A stretch of 59,368 bases of DNA, the filler included. It is 6 parts of 6 records of this genome, joined end to end, with 100 filler letters (N's around TTAATTAATTAA, not from the genome) between each part and the next. Parts side by side here need not be neighbours in the genome. Positions count along the whole stretch, not along the records: positions 18,479 to 34,991 come from DRR723986_78398; positions 35,092 to 45,765 come from DRR723986_78433; 4 more parts are not named here. One strand, given 5' to 3'. The notes below the pieces were generated by a model. The model saw only the letters and a list, made by a program, of their open reading frames with translations. It did not search any database and was not told where the DNA came from. How positions within the stretch are numbered: position 1 is the first letter of the stretch; every line of letters starts with the position of its first letter. The position numbers were made by a program, and so were the translations under genes. Shown piece by piece: positions 30,214 through 39,727 of this stretch.

Positions 30214-31398
30214 ATGAAAACCAAATACATCAGTCTAATAATCATAGCACTTGCCGTACTAGCATGCGGAGAAGATAAAACAATCGATACTTCAAACACA
30301 TCGATTGAAATAATATTAGAATCTAAAAATCTAGACTCTATAAAAGCGAAAAAGCAAGAGTTAAACATTAAGCAAGAAGAATTAAACGCTCAAATTGCTT
30401 TACTAAATGAAAAAATTACTGCACTTGATGATAACAGCAAATTACCATTAATAACAAGCATCATAACTAAAGAAGAAGAATTTAATCACTTTATAGAACT
30501 ACAAGGTAATGTAACTACGAAAAACGTTGTAACAATAAGTTCTGAATTTAGTGGTCTACTCACTCAAGTTTATGTTAAAGATGGTGATCGCGTAAAAAAA
30601 GGTCAACTTTTGGCCAAAATTGATGATGGTGGCTTATCACAGCAAATAGCACAAATGAAAATTCAGAGGGATTTAGCTAAGACTACTTTTGATCGTCAAA
30701 AACGACTTTGGGATCAAAATATTGGCAGCGAAATTCAATATTTAGAAGCAAAAACTAACTATGAGTCTCAAAGTGAAGCTGTGAAACAAATGACACAGCA
30801 GCTTTCTAAAACCAGAGTTACAGCACCCTTTTCAGGTACAATTGACAATATAATTACAGAACAAGGAAATCTTGTAGCGCCAGGATCACCATTAATGTTG
30901 TTAGTTAATCTAGACAACATGTATATAGAAGCAGATGTACCAGAACGCTACATTGCAAATGTTGTAAAAGGCAAAAATGTAGAAGTCGAATTTCCTGTTT
31001 TAGGTAAAAAATTAAACTCAACAATTAGACAGGCGAGTAACTATATTAACCCATCCAATAGAACATATACAATTGAAGTTCCGGTGAGTGCAAAGGATGA
31101 TAATATAAAACCTAATCTCACAGCAAAAATGAACATCAATGACTATACAAATTCATCTGCCGTCTTAATACCTCAAAATATTATATCTGAAGATGCAGAA
31201 GGCGAACAATACGTGTTTATTTTAAGTGACATTAAAGACAATATTGCATCAGCTAAGCGCATAAACATCACTACTGGCAAAACCCAAAATGATATTATTG
31301 AAGTTTTAACAGGTTTAAAAGCAGATTTGCAAATAATAAAAGAAGGAGCCAGAAGCGTCAAAGACGGACAGCGAGTAAGAATAGATAGTGCTCAATAA
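30214..31398 (+). CDS. RND efflux periplasmic adaptor (lipoprotein)
   Basis: Lipobox VLAC, VKDGDRVKKGQLL and VTAPFSG motifs. Confidence 0.92.
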   Translation: MKTKYISLIIIALAVLACGEDKTIDTSNTSIEIILESKNLDSIKAKKQELNIKQEELNAQIALLNEKITALDDNSKLPLITSIITKEEEFNHFIELQGNVTTKNVVTISSEFSGLLTQVYVKDGDRVKKGQLLAKIDDGGLSQQIAQMKIQRDLAKTTFDRQKRLWDQNIGSEIQYLEAKTNYESQSEAVKQMTQQLSKTRVTAPFSGTIDNIITEQGNLVAPGSPLMLLVNLDNMYIEADVPERYIANVVKGKNVEVEFPVLGKKLNSTIRQASNYINPSNRTYTIEVPVSAKDDNIKPNLTAKMNINDYTNSSAVLIPQNIISEDAEGEQYVFILSDIKDNIASAKRINITTGKTQNDIIEVLTGLKADLQIIKEGARSVKDGQRVRIDSAQ

Positions 31399-31410
31399 AA
31401 ATCTAAACCT

Positions 31411-34400
31411 ATGACCAAAAAGAAGAAAAATATAGATAAAGAGTTTAAGCTATCATCTTGGGCAATTACTAATAAAACAACAATGTATGTTTTAATGATG
31501 CTTATCCTTGTTCTGGGTATTACAGCATATTTTAATATGCCAAGAGAAGATTTTCCTGAAATTAAAGAAACCAAAATCTATGTAAGCTCGGCTTATCCTG
31601 GCAATACAGCAGAAGATATAGAAAAACTTATAACAGATCCATTAGAAGATAAGTTAAAGACTGTTTCTAATGTAGTAGAAATCACATCAACCTCACAAGA
31701 AGACTATTCAATTATCATTGTAGAGTTTGATGACGATATGGAAGTAGAAGTTGCCAAGCAGTTGGTAAAAGATCAAATAGACACCGAAAAAGCTGGTGAA
31801 GATTGGCCTACATTTAATGGTGCCAAGGTAGATCCAAATGTTTTTGACCTTAGCATGTCAGAAGAAATTCCAATTCTTAATATTAATATTTCGGGTGACT
31901 ACCCTATTCAAAAACTTAAAGAATTTGCAGAATATCTAGAAGATGATATTGAAGATCTGCTTGAAATTAAACAAGCAGATATTAGAGGAGCACAAGAAAA
32001 AGAAGTTGAAGTTGCAGTAGATGTCTACAAAATGACAGCCATGCAAGTAAGCTTTGATGATATTATTAATGCCATTAATAGAGGTAATGTTACAACATCG
32101 GCAGGTAATCTAATTGCTAGTGGACAACGAAGAACAATAAGAATTTTAGGAGAAATAGAAGAGCCTGAAGACCTCTATAATTTCGTCGTAAAATCAGAAA
32201 ACAATCAACCTATTTATCTAAGAGATCTTGCAAAAGTAACATTTAAAGAAAAAGACAAAACCACTTATGCCAGAAAAGATGGAAAGAAGGTAGTAATGTT
32301 AGATGTTAAAAAACGTGCTGGTAAAAATATGGTTGCTGCGGCAGACCAAATTAAAGTTATTGTCAACGAGGCCGTTGAAAATGTCTTTCCAAAAAATTTA
32401 GAAGTAACAATTACAAACGATTTGTCCGATAAAACTATTGGTCAGGTTGATGATTTAGTCAATAATATCATATTTGGTATTATACTAGTAGTAACGGTTT
32501 TAATGTTCTTTTTAGGATTTAAAAACGCACTATTTGTAGGTTTTGCAATACCAATGTCTATGTTTATGTCACTTATGATTTTAGGTGCCATGGGTTATAC
32601 ACTTAACACTATGATCCTTTTCGGTCTTATAATGGGTCTTGGTATGCTTGTAGACAATGGAATTGTTGTTGTTGAAAACGTATATAGATTAATGGATGAA
32701 GAAGGTCTCTCTAGAATTGAAGCCGCTAAGAAAGGTATTGGTGAAATCGCATTTCCTATAATTATTTCTACAGTTACGACAGTTGCTGCTTTTGTTCCTC
32801 TTGGACTATGGCCTGGTCTTTTTGGGCAATTCATGATTTATTTTCCAATAACCCTTTCAGTTGTTTTAGGATCGTCACTTTTTGTTGCTATATTTTTTAA
32901 TTCAGTATTGGTATCACAGTTTATGACTATTGAGGACAAAGAAATGCCATTAAAAAGAATAATAACTATTTCAGCTATTGTAGGTGGATTAGGTATTCTA
33001 ATTTTGATTATTGGTGGTCCTTACAGAGGCTTAGGAGGTGTAATGGTATTTACTGCAATTTTACTCTGGATTTACCGTCTTTTTTTAAGAGGTGCTGCAA
33101 ACTATTTTCAGAAAAACACATTGGTTTGGCTAGAAGGTATATATGAAAAAACTCTTAAATCAGCTCTTAGTGGTTGGAAACCTTACATCATTTCTATCGG
33201 AACAGTAATTCTCTTGTTTGTGGCGTTTGGAGGGTTTGGTGCTTCAGTTGCTAGCCAACGTACTCAGATTGAATTTTTCCCAGATAATAAACCCAACCAA
33301 ATTGTAGTATATATTGAATATCCTGAAGGAACAGATATTGACAAAACCAACCAAATCACAAAAGAAATCGAGAAACGTGTTTACAGTATTTTAAATGAAG
33401 ATATTTACTTGGATGACGATTATAATTACATGATTGAAGCATCAGTTTCTCAAGTGGGTGAAGGAGCAGGAAATCCACAAACCGATGGTGGTTCTCAAGC
33501 GGAAATGCCACATCGTGGAAAAATAACTGCAACCATGCGTCAATACAAATATAGACGCGGGCAAGACAGTGAAGAACTGCGCCAAAAAGTACAAGAGGCA
33601 CTTACTGGTGTTTATCCTGGAGTACTTATTTCCGTTGAGAAAGATGCTGCAGGTCCTCCTGCAGGTGCACCAATTAATATAGAACTAGAAGGTGACGATT
33701 ATGATGAGTTAATTGCTACGGCAGAAGCTATGCGACGCTTTGTAAACGATAGAAACATACCTGGTATTGACGAATTAAAAATTGATGTTAACAAAGACAA
33801 ACCTTCTATGAAGGTTGAAGTTGATAGGCAAAAAGCTGGCGAACTTGGCGTAAGTGTTGGGCAAGTTGGTATGCAACTTAGAAATGCCTTATTTGGGAGT
33901 AAAGCTGGTATCTATAAAGAAGATGGTGAAGATTACGATATCTACGTAAGATTCAATGAAGATCTGCGATATAATAAGAGTGCCCTTTTTAATCAAAACA
34001 TTACTTTCAGAGATATGGCATCAGGTCAGGTAAAAGCAATACCTGTCGCTGCGCTTGCAGAGCAAAGTAATAGTTCTGGTTTTAGTGCAATTAAGCATAG
34101 AGATACTAAACGTGTTGTTACTGTTTATTCTGCATTAGCACCTGGTTTTGTAGATGCCGCAGCAGTTGTACAACAGGTTAAAGATGAAATGGTAGATTTT
34201 AATAGTCAATTACCAGATACTGTAAAGATTGACTACACTGGTCAGATAGAGGAGCAAAACAAACAACAGTCTTTTTTAATGGGAGCTTTTCTTAAAGGTC
34301 TAGGTTTAATTTTCTTTATTCTTATTTTCCAGTTTAACTCCGTGTCAAAACCTGCAATTATTATGATTGCAATTTTTTTAAGTCTTATTGGAGTCTTCGG

Positions 34401-34959
34401 CGGAATTGTGATAACTGGTTCTTCATTTGTAATTATGATGACCATGATGGGTATTATCTCATTAGCTGGTATTGTAGTAAACAATGGTGTGGTTCTTCTC
34501 GATTATGCCCAACTACTTATTGATAGGCGTAAAGACAAAATTGGCATAGACGAAAATAAATATCTACCAACAAAAGATTTATTTGAATGTGTAGTTAAAG
34601 CAGGTAAAGCTCGTTTGAGACCGGTTTTATTAACAGCAATCACAACAATTTTAGGCTTAATACCTTTAGCTATAGGGCTTAACATAAACTTTTTCACCTT
34701 TTTCAGTGAATTAGATGCCAACATATATTTTGGAGGTGACAATGTTATATTTTGGGGACCATTAGCGTGGACCGTTATATACGGTTTATTTGTAGCGACA
34801 TTCTTAACCTTGATTGTAGTTCCTATTTTATTCTTCCTATCTATTAAGTTTAAAATGTGGTTAAAGAAAAAATTTAGTTCTGAATATTCGGAACCGAAAG
34901 TATCTTCCGATGTTGCATTGGAAGAGGATACTTTAGTACTCAATGCTAAAGTTGATTAA
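31411..34959 (+). CDS. RND efflux permease (AcrB/AcrD/AcrF family)
   Basis: GMLVDNGIVVVEN, GIVVNNGVVL and RLRPVLLT motifs. Confidence 0.95.
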   Translation: MTKKKKNIDKEFKLSSWAITNKTTMYVLMMLILVLGITAYFNMPREDFPEIKETKIYVSSAYPGNTAEDIEKLITDPLEDKLKTVSNVVEITSTSQEDYSIIIVEFDDDMEVEVAKQLVKDQIDTEKAGEDWPTFNGAKVDPNVFDLSMSEEIPILNINISGDYPIQKLKEFAEYLEDDIEDLLEIKQADIRGAQEKEVEVAVDVYKMTAMQVSFDDIINAINRGNVTTSAGNLIASGQRRTIRILGEIEEPEDLYNFVVKSENNQPIYLRDLAKVTFKEKDKTTYARKDGKKVVMLDVKKRAGKNMVAAADQIKVIVNEAVENVFPKNLEVTITNDLSDKTIGQVDDLVNNIIFGIILVVTVLMFFLGFKNALFVGFAIPMSMFMSLMILGAMGYTLNTMILFGLIMGLGMLVDNGIVVVENVYRLMDEEGLSRIEAAKKGIGEIAFPIIISTVTTVAAFVPLGLWPGLFGQFMIYFPITLSVVLGSSLFVAIFFNSVLVSQFMTIEDKEMPLKRIITISAIVGGLGILILIIGGPYRGLGGVMVFTAILLWIYRLFLRGAANYFQKNTLVWLEGIYEKTLKSALSGWKPYIISIGTVILLFVAFGGFGASVASQRTQIEFFPDNKPNQIVVYIEYPEGTDIDKTNQITKEIEKRVYSILNEDIYLDDDYNYMIEASVSQVGEGAGNPQTDGGSQAEMPHRGKITATMRQYKYRRGQDSEELRQKVQEALTGVYPGVLISVEKDAAGPPAGAPINIELEGDDYDELIATAEAMRRFVNDRNIPGIDELKIDVNKDKPSMKVEVDRQKAGELGVSVGQVGMQLRNALFGSKAGIYKEDGEDYDIYVRFNEDLRYNKSALFNQNITFRDMASGQVKAIPVAALAEQSNSSGFSAIKHRDTKRVVTVYSALAPGFVDAAAVVQQVKDEMVDFNSQLPDTVKIDYTGQIEEQNKQQSFLMGAFLKGLGLIFFILIFQFNSVSKPAIIMIAIFLSLIGVFGGIVITGSSFVIMMTMMGIISLAGIVVNNGVVLLDYAQLLIDRRKDKIGIDENKYLPTKDLFECVVKAGKARLRPVLLTAITTILGLIPLAIGLNINFFTFFSELDANIYFGGDNVIFWGPLAWTVIYGLFVATFLTLIVVPILFFLSIKFKMWLKKKFSSEYSEPKVSSDVALEEDTLVLNAKVD

Positions 34960-34965
34960 TAGCCG

Positions 34966-34991
34966 AAAGCCTCAACAATTGTTGAGGCTTT
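34966..34991 (+). terminator. Intrinsic terminator at contig edge
   Basis: AAAGCCTCAAC-AATT-GTTGAGGCTTT. Confidence 0.8.
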
Positions 34992-35091
34992 NNNNNNNNN
35001 NNNNNNNNNNNNNNNNNNNNNNNNNNNNNNNNNNNTTAATTAATTAANNNNNNNNNNNNNNNNNNNNNNNNNNNNNNNNNNNNNNNNNNNN
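34992..35091. other. Artificial contig linker
   Basis: N-run + TTAATTAATTAA + N-run. Confidence 0.98.
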
Positions 35092-35178
35092 TCACTGCAC
35101 TGCGTTTGTTCTGCATGACATGCAAAGTAATTTAATTACATTTGTACAATATATTAGACATTAAAAATATTACTGTAA

Positions 35179-36117
35179 ATGAAACGAATTTTAGTCACTG
35201 GCGGTGCCGGTTTTGTAGGATCGCATTTGTGTGAGCGCCTACTTAAGGAAGGCAACGAAGTTATTTGCTTAGATAACTATTTTACAGGCTCTAAAAAAAA
35301 TATTGAGCATCTTATGGATAATCACTATTTTGAGTTGGTAAGACATGATGTGATTAATCCTTATATGATAGAGGTCGATGAGATTTACAATTTGGCCTGC
35401 CCTGCATCACCGGTGCATTACCAATACAATCCTATAAAAACAATTAAGACTTCCGTGATGGGAGCGATTAATATGTTAGGTTTGGCCAAGCGCGTAGGCG
35501 CTAAAATATTGCAAGCTTCGACTAGTGAGGTGTATGGTGATCCTGCTGTGCACCCACAACCCGAAAGTTATTGGGGTAATGTAAACCCTATTGGGCTGCG
35601 CTCTTGCTATGATGAAGGTAAGCGCTGTGCCGAAACCTTGTTTATGGATTACCACATGCAGAATGATGTGAATATAAAGATTGTTAGAATTTTTAACACC
35701 TACGGTCCGCGGATGAATCCTGAGGATGGCCGTGTAGTGTCTAATTTTATTGTTCAGGCCTTAAAAGGAGAGGCGATTACGGTGTTTGGTGATGGTACAC
35801 AAACACGTAGTTTTCAGTATGTGGATGATTTAGTGGAAGGTATGATAAGAATGATGAATAGTAGGGATGGATTTTGGGGGCCTGTTAATATTGGGAATCC
35901 TGGCGAGTTTACGATGTTACAACTGGCAGAGGAAATTATAAAACTTACCAATTCTACATCTAAAATAACATTCTTACCCTTGCCTCAAGACGATCCTTTG
36001 CAACGTCAGCCTGTCATCGATCTCGCAAAGAAAGAACTTAATAATTGGGAGCCGAGCATTCCATTACATGAAGGTTTGGTTAAAACTATCGATTATTTTA
36101 AAACTGTGATAGCTTAA
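35179..36117 (+). CDS. UDP-glucuronate decarboxylase (UDP-xylose synthase)
   Basis: [31 protein letters not shown] and GRVVSNF motifs; promoter TACATTTG at 35137-35144. Confidence 0.95.
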   Translation: MKRILVTGGAGFVGSHLCERLLKEGNEVICLDNYFTGSKKNIEHLMDNHYFELVRHDVINPYMIEVDEIYNLACPASPVHYQYNPIKTIKTSVMGAINMLGLAKRVGAKILQASTSEVYGDPAVHPQPESYWGNVNPIGLRSCYDEGKRCAETLFMDYHMQNDVNIKIVRIFNTYGPRMNPEDGRVVSNFIVQALKGEAITVFGDGTQTRSFQYVDDLVEGMIRMMNSRDGFWGPVNIGNPGEFTMLQLAEEIIKLTNSTSKITFLPLPQDDPLQRQPVIDLAKKELNNWEPSIPLHEGLVKTIDYFKTVIA

Positions 36118-36443
36118 TGGCAAAAGAGACAACATATAATCTAGGTGTAGTGTTTTAAATCCGACGTGATAAAAGCACTACACCAGGGCTAATTTTAAAA
36201 TATACAGATATACCGCAATAACTTTTTAATTACTTTAAAGTGCTAAGAGTTAGGCGCGTAGAATGATGAGTAGTCTTTCACCAAATTCATAAGCACTCTC
36301 AATATAGTTTTATGAGACATTCATAGAGCCAAAAACATGCATATTCGTAAAATATTGTGATTATATTTAGGCCTATCAAAATAAAAAGTAAGCAAAACAG
36401 GGGTGCCAAAATCTAAAAATAATCTTTTTTCGACAACATAGTA

Positions 36444-37004
36444 ATGACACAGAGAAAGGTAGACCTATCGACATATGATAATTCTTGGTACCAACCAGGA
36501 CCAAAAATTAAGCGCTTGTTGTGGTATTTTTTTAATACTCTTATTTTAAAAAATGGGTGGCTTCCTTTTTCTAGTTTGCGCATTTGGGGCCTAAGGATCT
36601 TTGGTGCAACTATTGGTAACCATGTAGTTATTAAGCCTGGCGTAAGTGTTAAATACCCCTGGAAACTACGTATTGGAGATCACTGCTGGATTGGGGAGAA
36701 TGTTTGGATTGATAACCTCGATGAGGTGACTTTAGAGGATAATGTATGTATTTCTCAAGGGGCCTTATTACTTTGTGGAAATCATAATTATAAATCTAAG
36801 GCTTTCGATTTAATGATAGCCCCAATTCGGATTAAGGAAGGCGCTTGGATTGGTGCTAACTGTTCCATAGCTCCTGGTGTAGTTCTAGAGAGTCATGCGG
36901 TATTAACAATGGGATCAACAGCGACCAATCATTTAGAAGCTTATGGTATTTATACGGGCAATCCTGCGGTTAGAGTAAAGCAAAGACAACTGTATGAAAT
37001 GTAA
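36444..37004 (+). CDS. wcaF: WcaF-like hexapeptide acetyltransferase
   Basis: KYPWKLRIGDHCWIGE, ISQGALLLCGNH and GNPA motifs. Confidence 0.88.
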   Translation: MTQRKVDLSTYDNSWYQPGPKIKRLLWYFFNTLILKNGWLPFSSLRIWGLRIFGATIGNHVVIKPGVSVKYPWKLRIGDHCWIGENVWIDNLDEVTLEDNVCISQGALLLCGNHNYKSKAFDLMIAPIRIKEGAWIGANCSIAPGVVLESHAVLTMGSTATNHLEAYGIYTGNPAVRVKQRQLYEM

Positions 37005-37013
37005 CCTTATTTA

Positions 37014-37784
37014 ATGAAAGTATCTATAATTACGGCAACCTACAATAGTGCAAAAACCATAAGAGATTGTATTAATTCTGTCATTAATCAGAGTTATGGG
37101 ACTATTGAGCATATTATAGTAGATGGGGGCTCTACGGATGGTACAATGGAAATCATACAGGAGATGGCTGTATTTACCAAAAGTATGTATTGCATATCAG
37201 AACCAGATAATGGGATATACGATGCTTTAAATAAAGGTATAAAACGAGCCACAGGTGCTATTATTGGATTTTTACATTCGGATGATTTACTAGCGGATAC
37301 AGAGGGTATAGCTGCAATTGTGAAGACTATTGAAACAACAGGATGTGATGGGGTTTACACAGATTTAGAATTTGTACATAAGCACAATACTGATTCTGTT
37401 ATACGCTACTGGAAAAGCAGTAATTATAACCCTAAATTTCTAAGAAGAGGATGGATGCCGCCACACCCTACTTTATATCTTAAAATGGAGGTATACCAAA
37501 AATATGGTACTTACGACATGTCTTATAAAATAGCGGCAGATTATGATTTTTTATTACGCCTGTTGCAATCTAATGAATTGGTTTTAAACTATATCCCTAT
37601 AATTTTAACTAAAATGAGAGTTGGTGGTGCGAGTACTAAAGATCTAACTCAAATTATTTTAAAATCTAAGGAGGATTTTAAAATTTTAAAACAAAACAAT
37701 TTTAAATCACCCATATATACTTTGGTTTACAAAAACTTGAGAAAATTAAAGCAGCTCAAAATATCGTCTACATTAAAAATTTGA
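37014..37784 (+). CDS. Glycosyltransferase family 2 (WcaE/WfgS-like)
   Basis: VSIITATYNS, DGGSTDGT, EPDNGIYDALNKG, LHSDD, PPHP and ADYD motifs. Confidence 0.92.
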   Translation: MKVSIITATYNSAKTIRDCINSVINQSYGTIEHIIVDGGSTDGTMEIIQEMAVFTKSMYCISEPDNGIYDALNKGIKRATGAIIGFLHSDDLLADTEGIAAIVKTIETTGCDGVYTDLEFVHKHNTDSVIRYWKSSNYNPKFLRRGWMPPHPTLYLKMEVYQKYGTYDMSYKIAADYDFLLRLLQSNELVLNYIPIILTKMRVGGASTKDLTQIILKSKEDFKILKQNNFKSPIYTLVYKNLRKLKQLKISSTLKI

Positions 37785-37821
37785 TACTTTTGTATTGAAT
37801 TAGAGTGATTAGTTTTTTGGT

Positions 37822-38898
37822 ATGATTTCAATAGATATAAATAGTTATGGTTTAGAGTTCATGCTTTTCGCCTTTGTAGTTGGTTTTATTTTTTCTTATC
37901 TCTCTTATGAAACTATTATGGTTGTAGCTAAGGAACGACATCTTATGGATGAGCCTGATACACGCAGTAGCCATGAAATTAATACCCCTACTTTAGGCGG
38001 TATAGCCATTTATATAAGTTTATTAGTGGTAGTTATCCTATTAGGAAATTTTATAGATGCCAAACTTTTTTTGATGGTCATATGCAGTTTAAGCGTATTA
38101 TTATTTTTGGGTCTAAAAGATGATTTATTAGTACTTGCTCCAAGAAAAAAATTTCTCATACAACTTATCACAGGTTTACTTTTTATTCTCACTACGGACA
38201 TAAGAATAACAAGCCTTTTTGGCCTTTTCGGATTTACATCATTAACCTATCTGCATTCCATTATATTTAGTTTATTTGTTTATATTCTTATTATTAATTC
38301 TTATAATTTAATTGATGGTATAGATGGTTTAGCTGGTGGTTTTGGTGCAATGGCTAGTCTAGTGCTCGGTATTTTACTTTATAAATATAATATCAACTTT
38401 GCTTTACTTGGTTTTGCAGTTACAGGGGCATTACTCGCTTTTTTAAGACATAATTTATCGAAACATAAGAAAATATTTATGGGTGATACAGGCACCATGA
38501 TTGTGGGGTTTTGTATCGCAGTTCTAATCCTAGGCCTTTTACATACCTCAAGGCTGAGTGTAGATAATGACTACTACAATACCGCTCCTGTAATTGCCAT
38601 TGCTATACTTTTTTATCCGCTTTTAGATACCCTACGGGTTTTTATGCTGCGTATCTTTAAGTATAAAAAAAGTCCTTTTAGTGCCGATAGAAATCATATT
38701 CACCATCGCTTTATAGACTTAAAACTGTCACATCTGCAAGTGTCTTTAATTTTATTAATTATTAATCTTATTGCCATAATAATGGCTTTTGTCATCAACG
38801 TTAAAGATTGGTCCAATAAGTTATGGTTTATAGGTATATTTGGTAGTGCTTTATATGTCATTACATATGTTGTTTTAAAGTCATTAAGGAAACCGTAA
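37822..38898 (+). CDS. WecA/TagO-like polyprenyl-phosphate sugar-1-phosphate transferase (MraY family)
   Basis: TPTLGG, GLKDD, NLIDGIDGL, FMGDTG and DRNHIHH motifs. Confidence 0.92.
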   Translation: MISIDINSYGLEFMLFAFVVGFIFSYLSYETIMVVAKERHLMDEPDTRSSHEINTPTLGGIAIYISLLVVVILLGNFIDAKLFLMVICSLSVLLFLGLKDDLLVLAPRKKFLIQLITGLLFILTTDIRITSLFGLFGFTSLTYLHSIIFSLFVYILIINSYNLIDGIDGLAGGFGAMASLVLGILLYKYNINFALLGFAVTGALLAFLRHNLSKHKKIFMGDTGTMIVGFCIAVLILGLLHTSRLSVDNDYYNTAPVIAIAILFYPLLDTLRVFMLRIFKYKKSPFSADRNHIHHRFIDLKLSHLQVSLILLIINLIAIIMAFVINVKDWSNKLWFIGIFGSALYVITYVVLKSLRKP

Positions 38899-38916
38899 GC
38901 TTAATTTTATAAAATT

Positions 38917-39726
38917 ATGATCGTTAAAAACCTTTACAGAGCACATACTAGCCGCGTATTACGCTTTTTAGTGGTACTGCTATTAGTATGTAATGTATGG
39001 TCCTGCTCAACAAAAAAGCAAATTGTTTATTTACAAGATATTGATACCTATAATAATTCAGAGGTGATTTTACCAGATCATACCATACAGCCTAATGATA
39101 TTTTAAGTGTTCAGGTCACTTCTGCTGCAGATACAGAAGCTTCTGAGCCATATAATAATCCAAATACAGGGCGAAATATGATGAATGCTGGCGGTATGCA
39201 GGGTAATTTTCAAATGCAGGGTTATTTGGTCTCTAAAGAACTAACGATAAAATTGCCCATATTAGGCGAGGTGTCTGTAGCCAACAAAACATTAAAGGAC
39301 TTGGAAATGGCGATTGAAAAACGTTTAATTGAGGAAAAGCATCTCACGTCACCAACGGTAATGGTCACCTTATTAAATGCTAAATTTACCACATTAGGTG
39401 AAATAGGAACGGGGACGCATTATTTTAATGAAAATAACCTTACTATTTTACAAGCTATTGGTAGGGCAGGCGATTTAAACATTCAAGGCAAGCGCAACGA
39501 TATTATTATCATTAGGGAGGTTGATGGTATACGGCAAATAGGCCACGTGGATTTAACAGCGTCTAATCTTCTTGATAGCCCTTACTATTTTATTAAGCCC
39601 AATGATGTGATCTATGTAAAACCGAATGACGTCCGTGTGCGATCTGCAGGATTTATTACGGGACCCTCGGCACTTATTGGTTTTGCCACACTTTTAGTAA
39701 CGACCGCATTGTTAATTAAAAACTAA
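38917..39726 (+). CDS. wza: Polysaccharide export outer-membrane lipoprotein
   Basis: Lipobox WSC, IQPNDIL, LPILG and PNDVIYV motifs. Confidence 0.9.
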   Translation: MIVKNLYRAHTSRVLRFLVVLLLVCNVWSCSTKKQIVYLQDIDTYNNSEVILPDHTIQPNDILSVQVTSAADTEASEPYNNPNTGRNMMNAGGMQGNFQMQGYLVSKELTIKLPILGEVSVANKTLKDLEMAIEKRLIEEKHLTSPTVMVTLLNAKFTTLGEIGTGTHYFNENNLTILQAIGRAGDLNIQGKRNDIIIIREVDGIRQIGHVDLTASNLLDSPYYFIKPNDVIYVKPNDVRVRSAGFITGPSALIGFATLLVTTALLIKN

Positions 39727-39727
39727 T

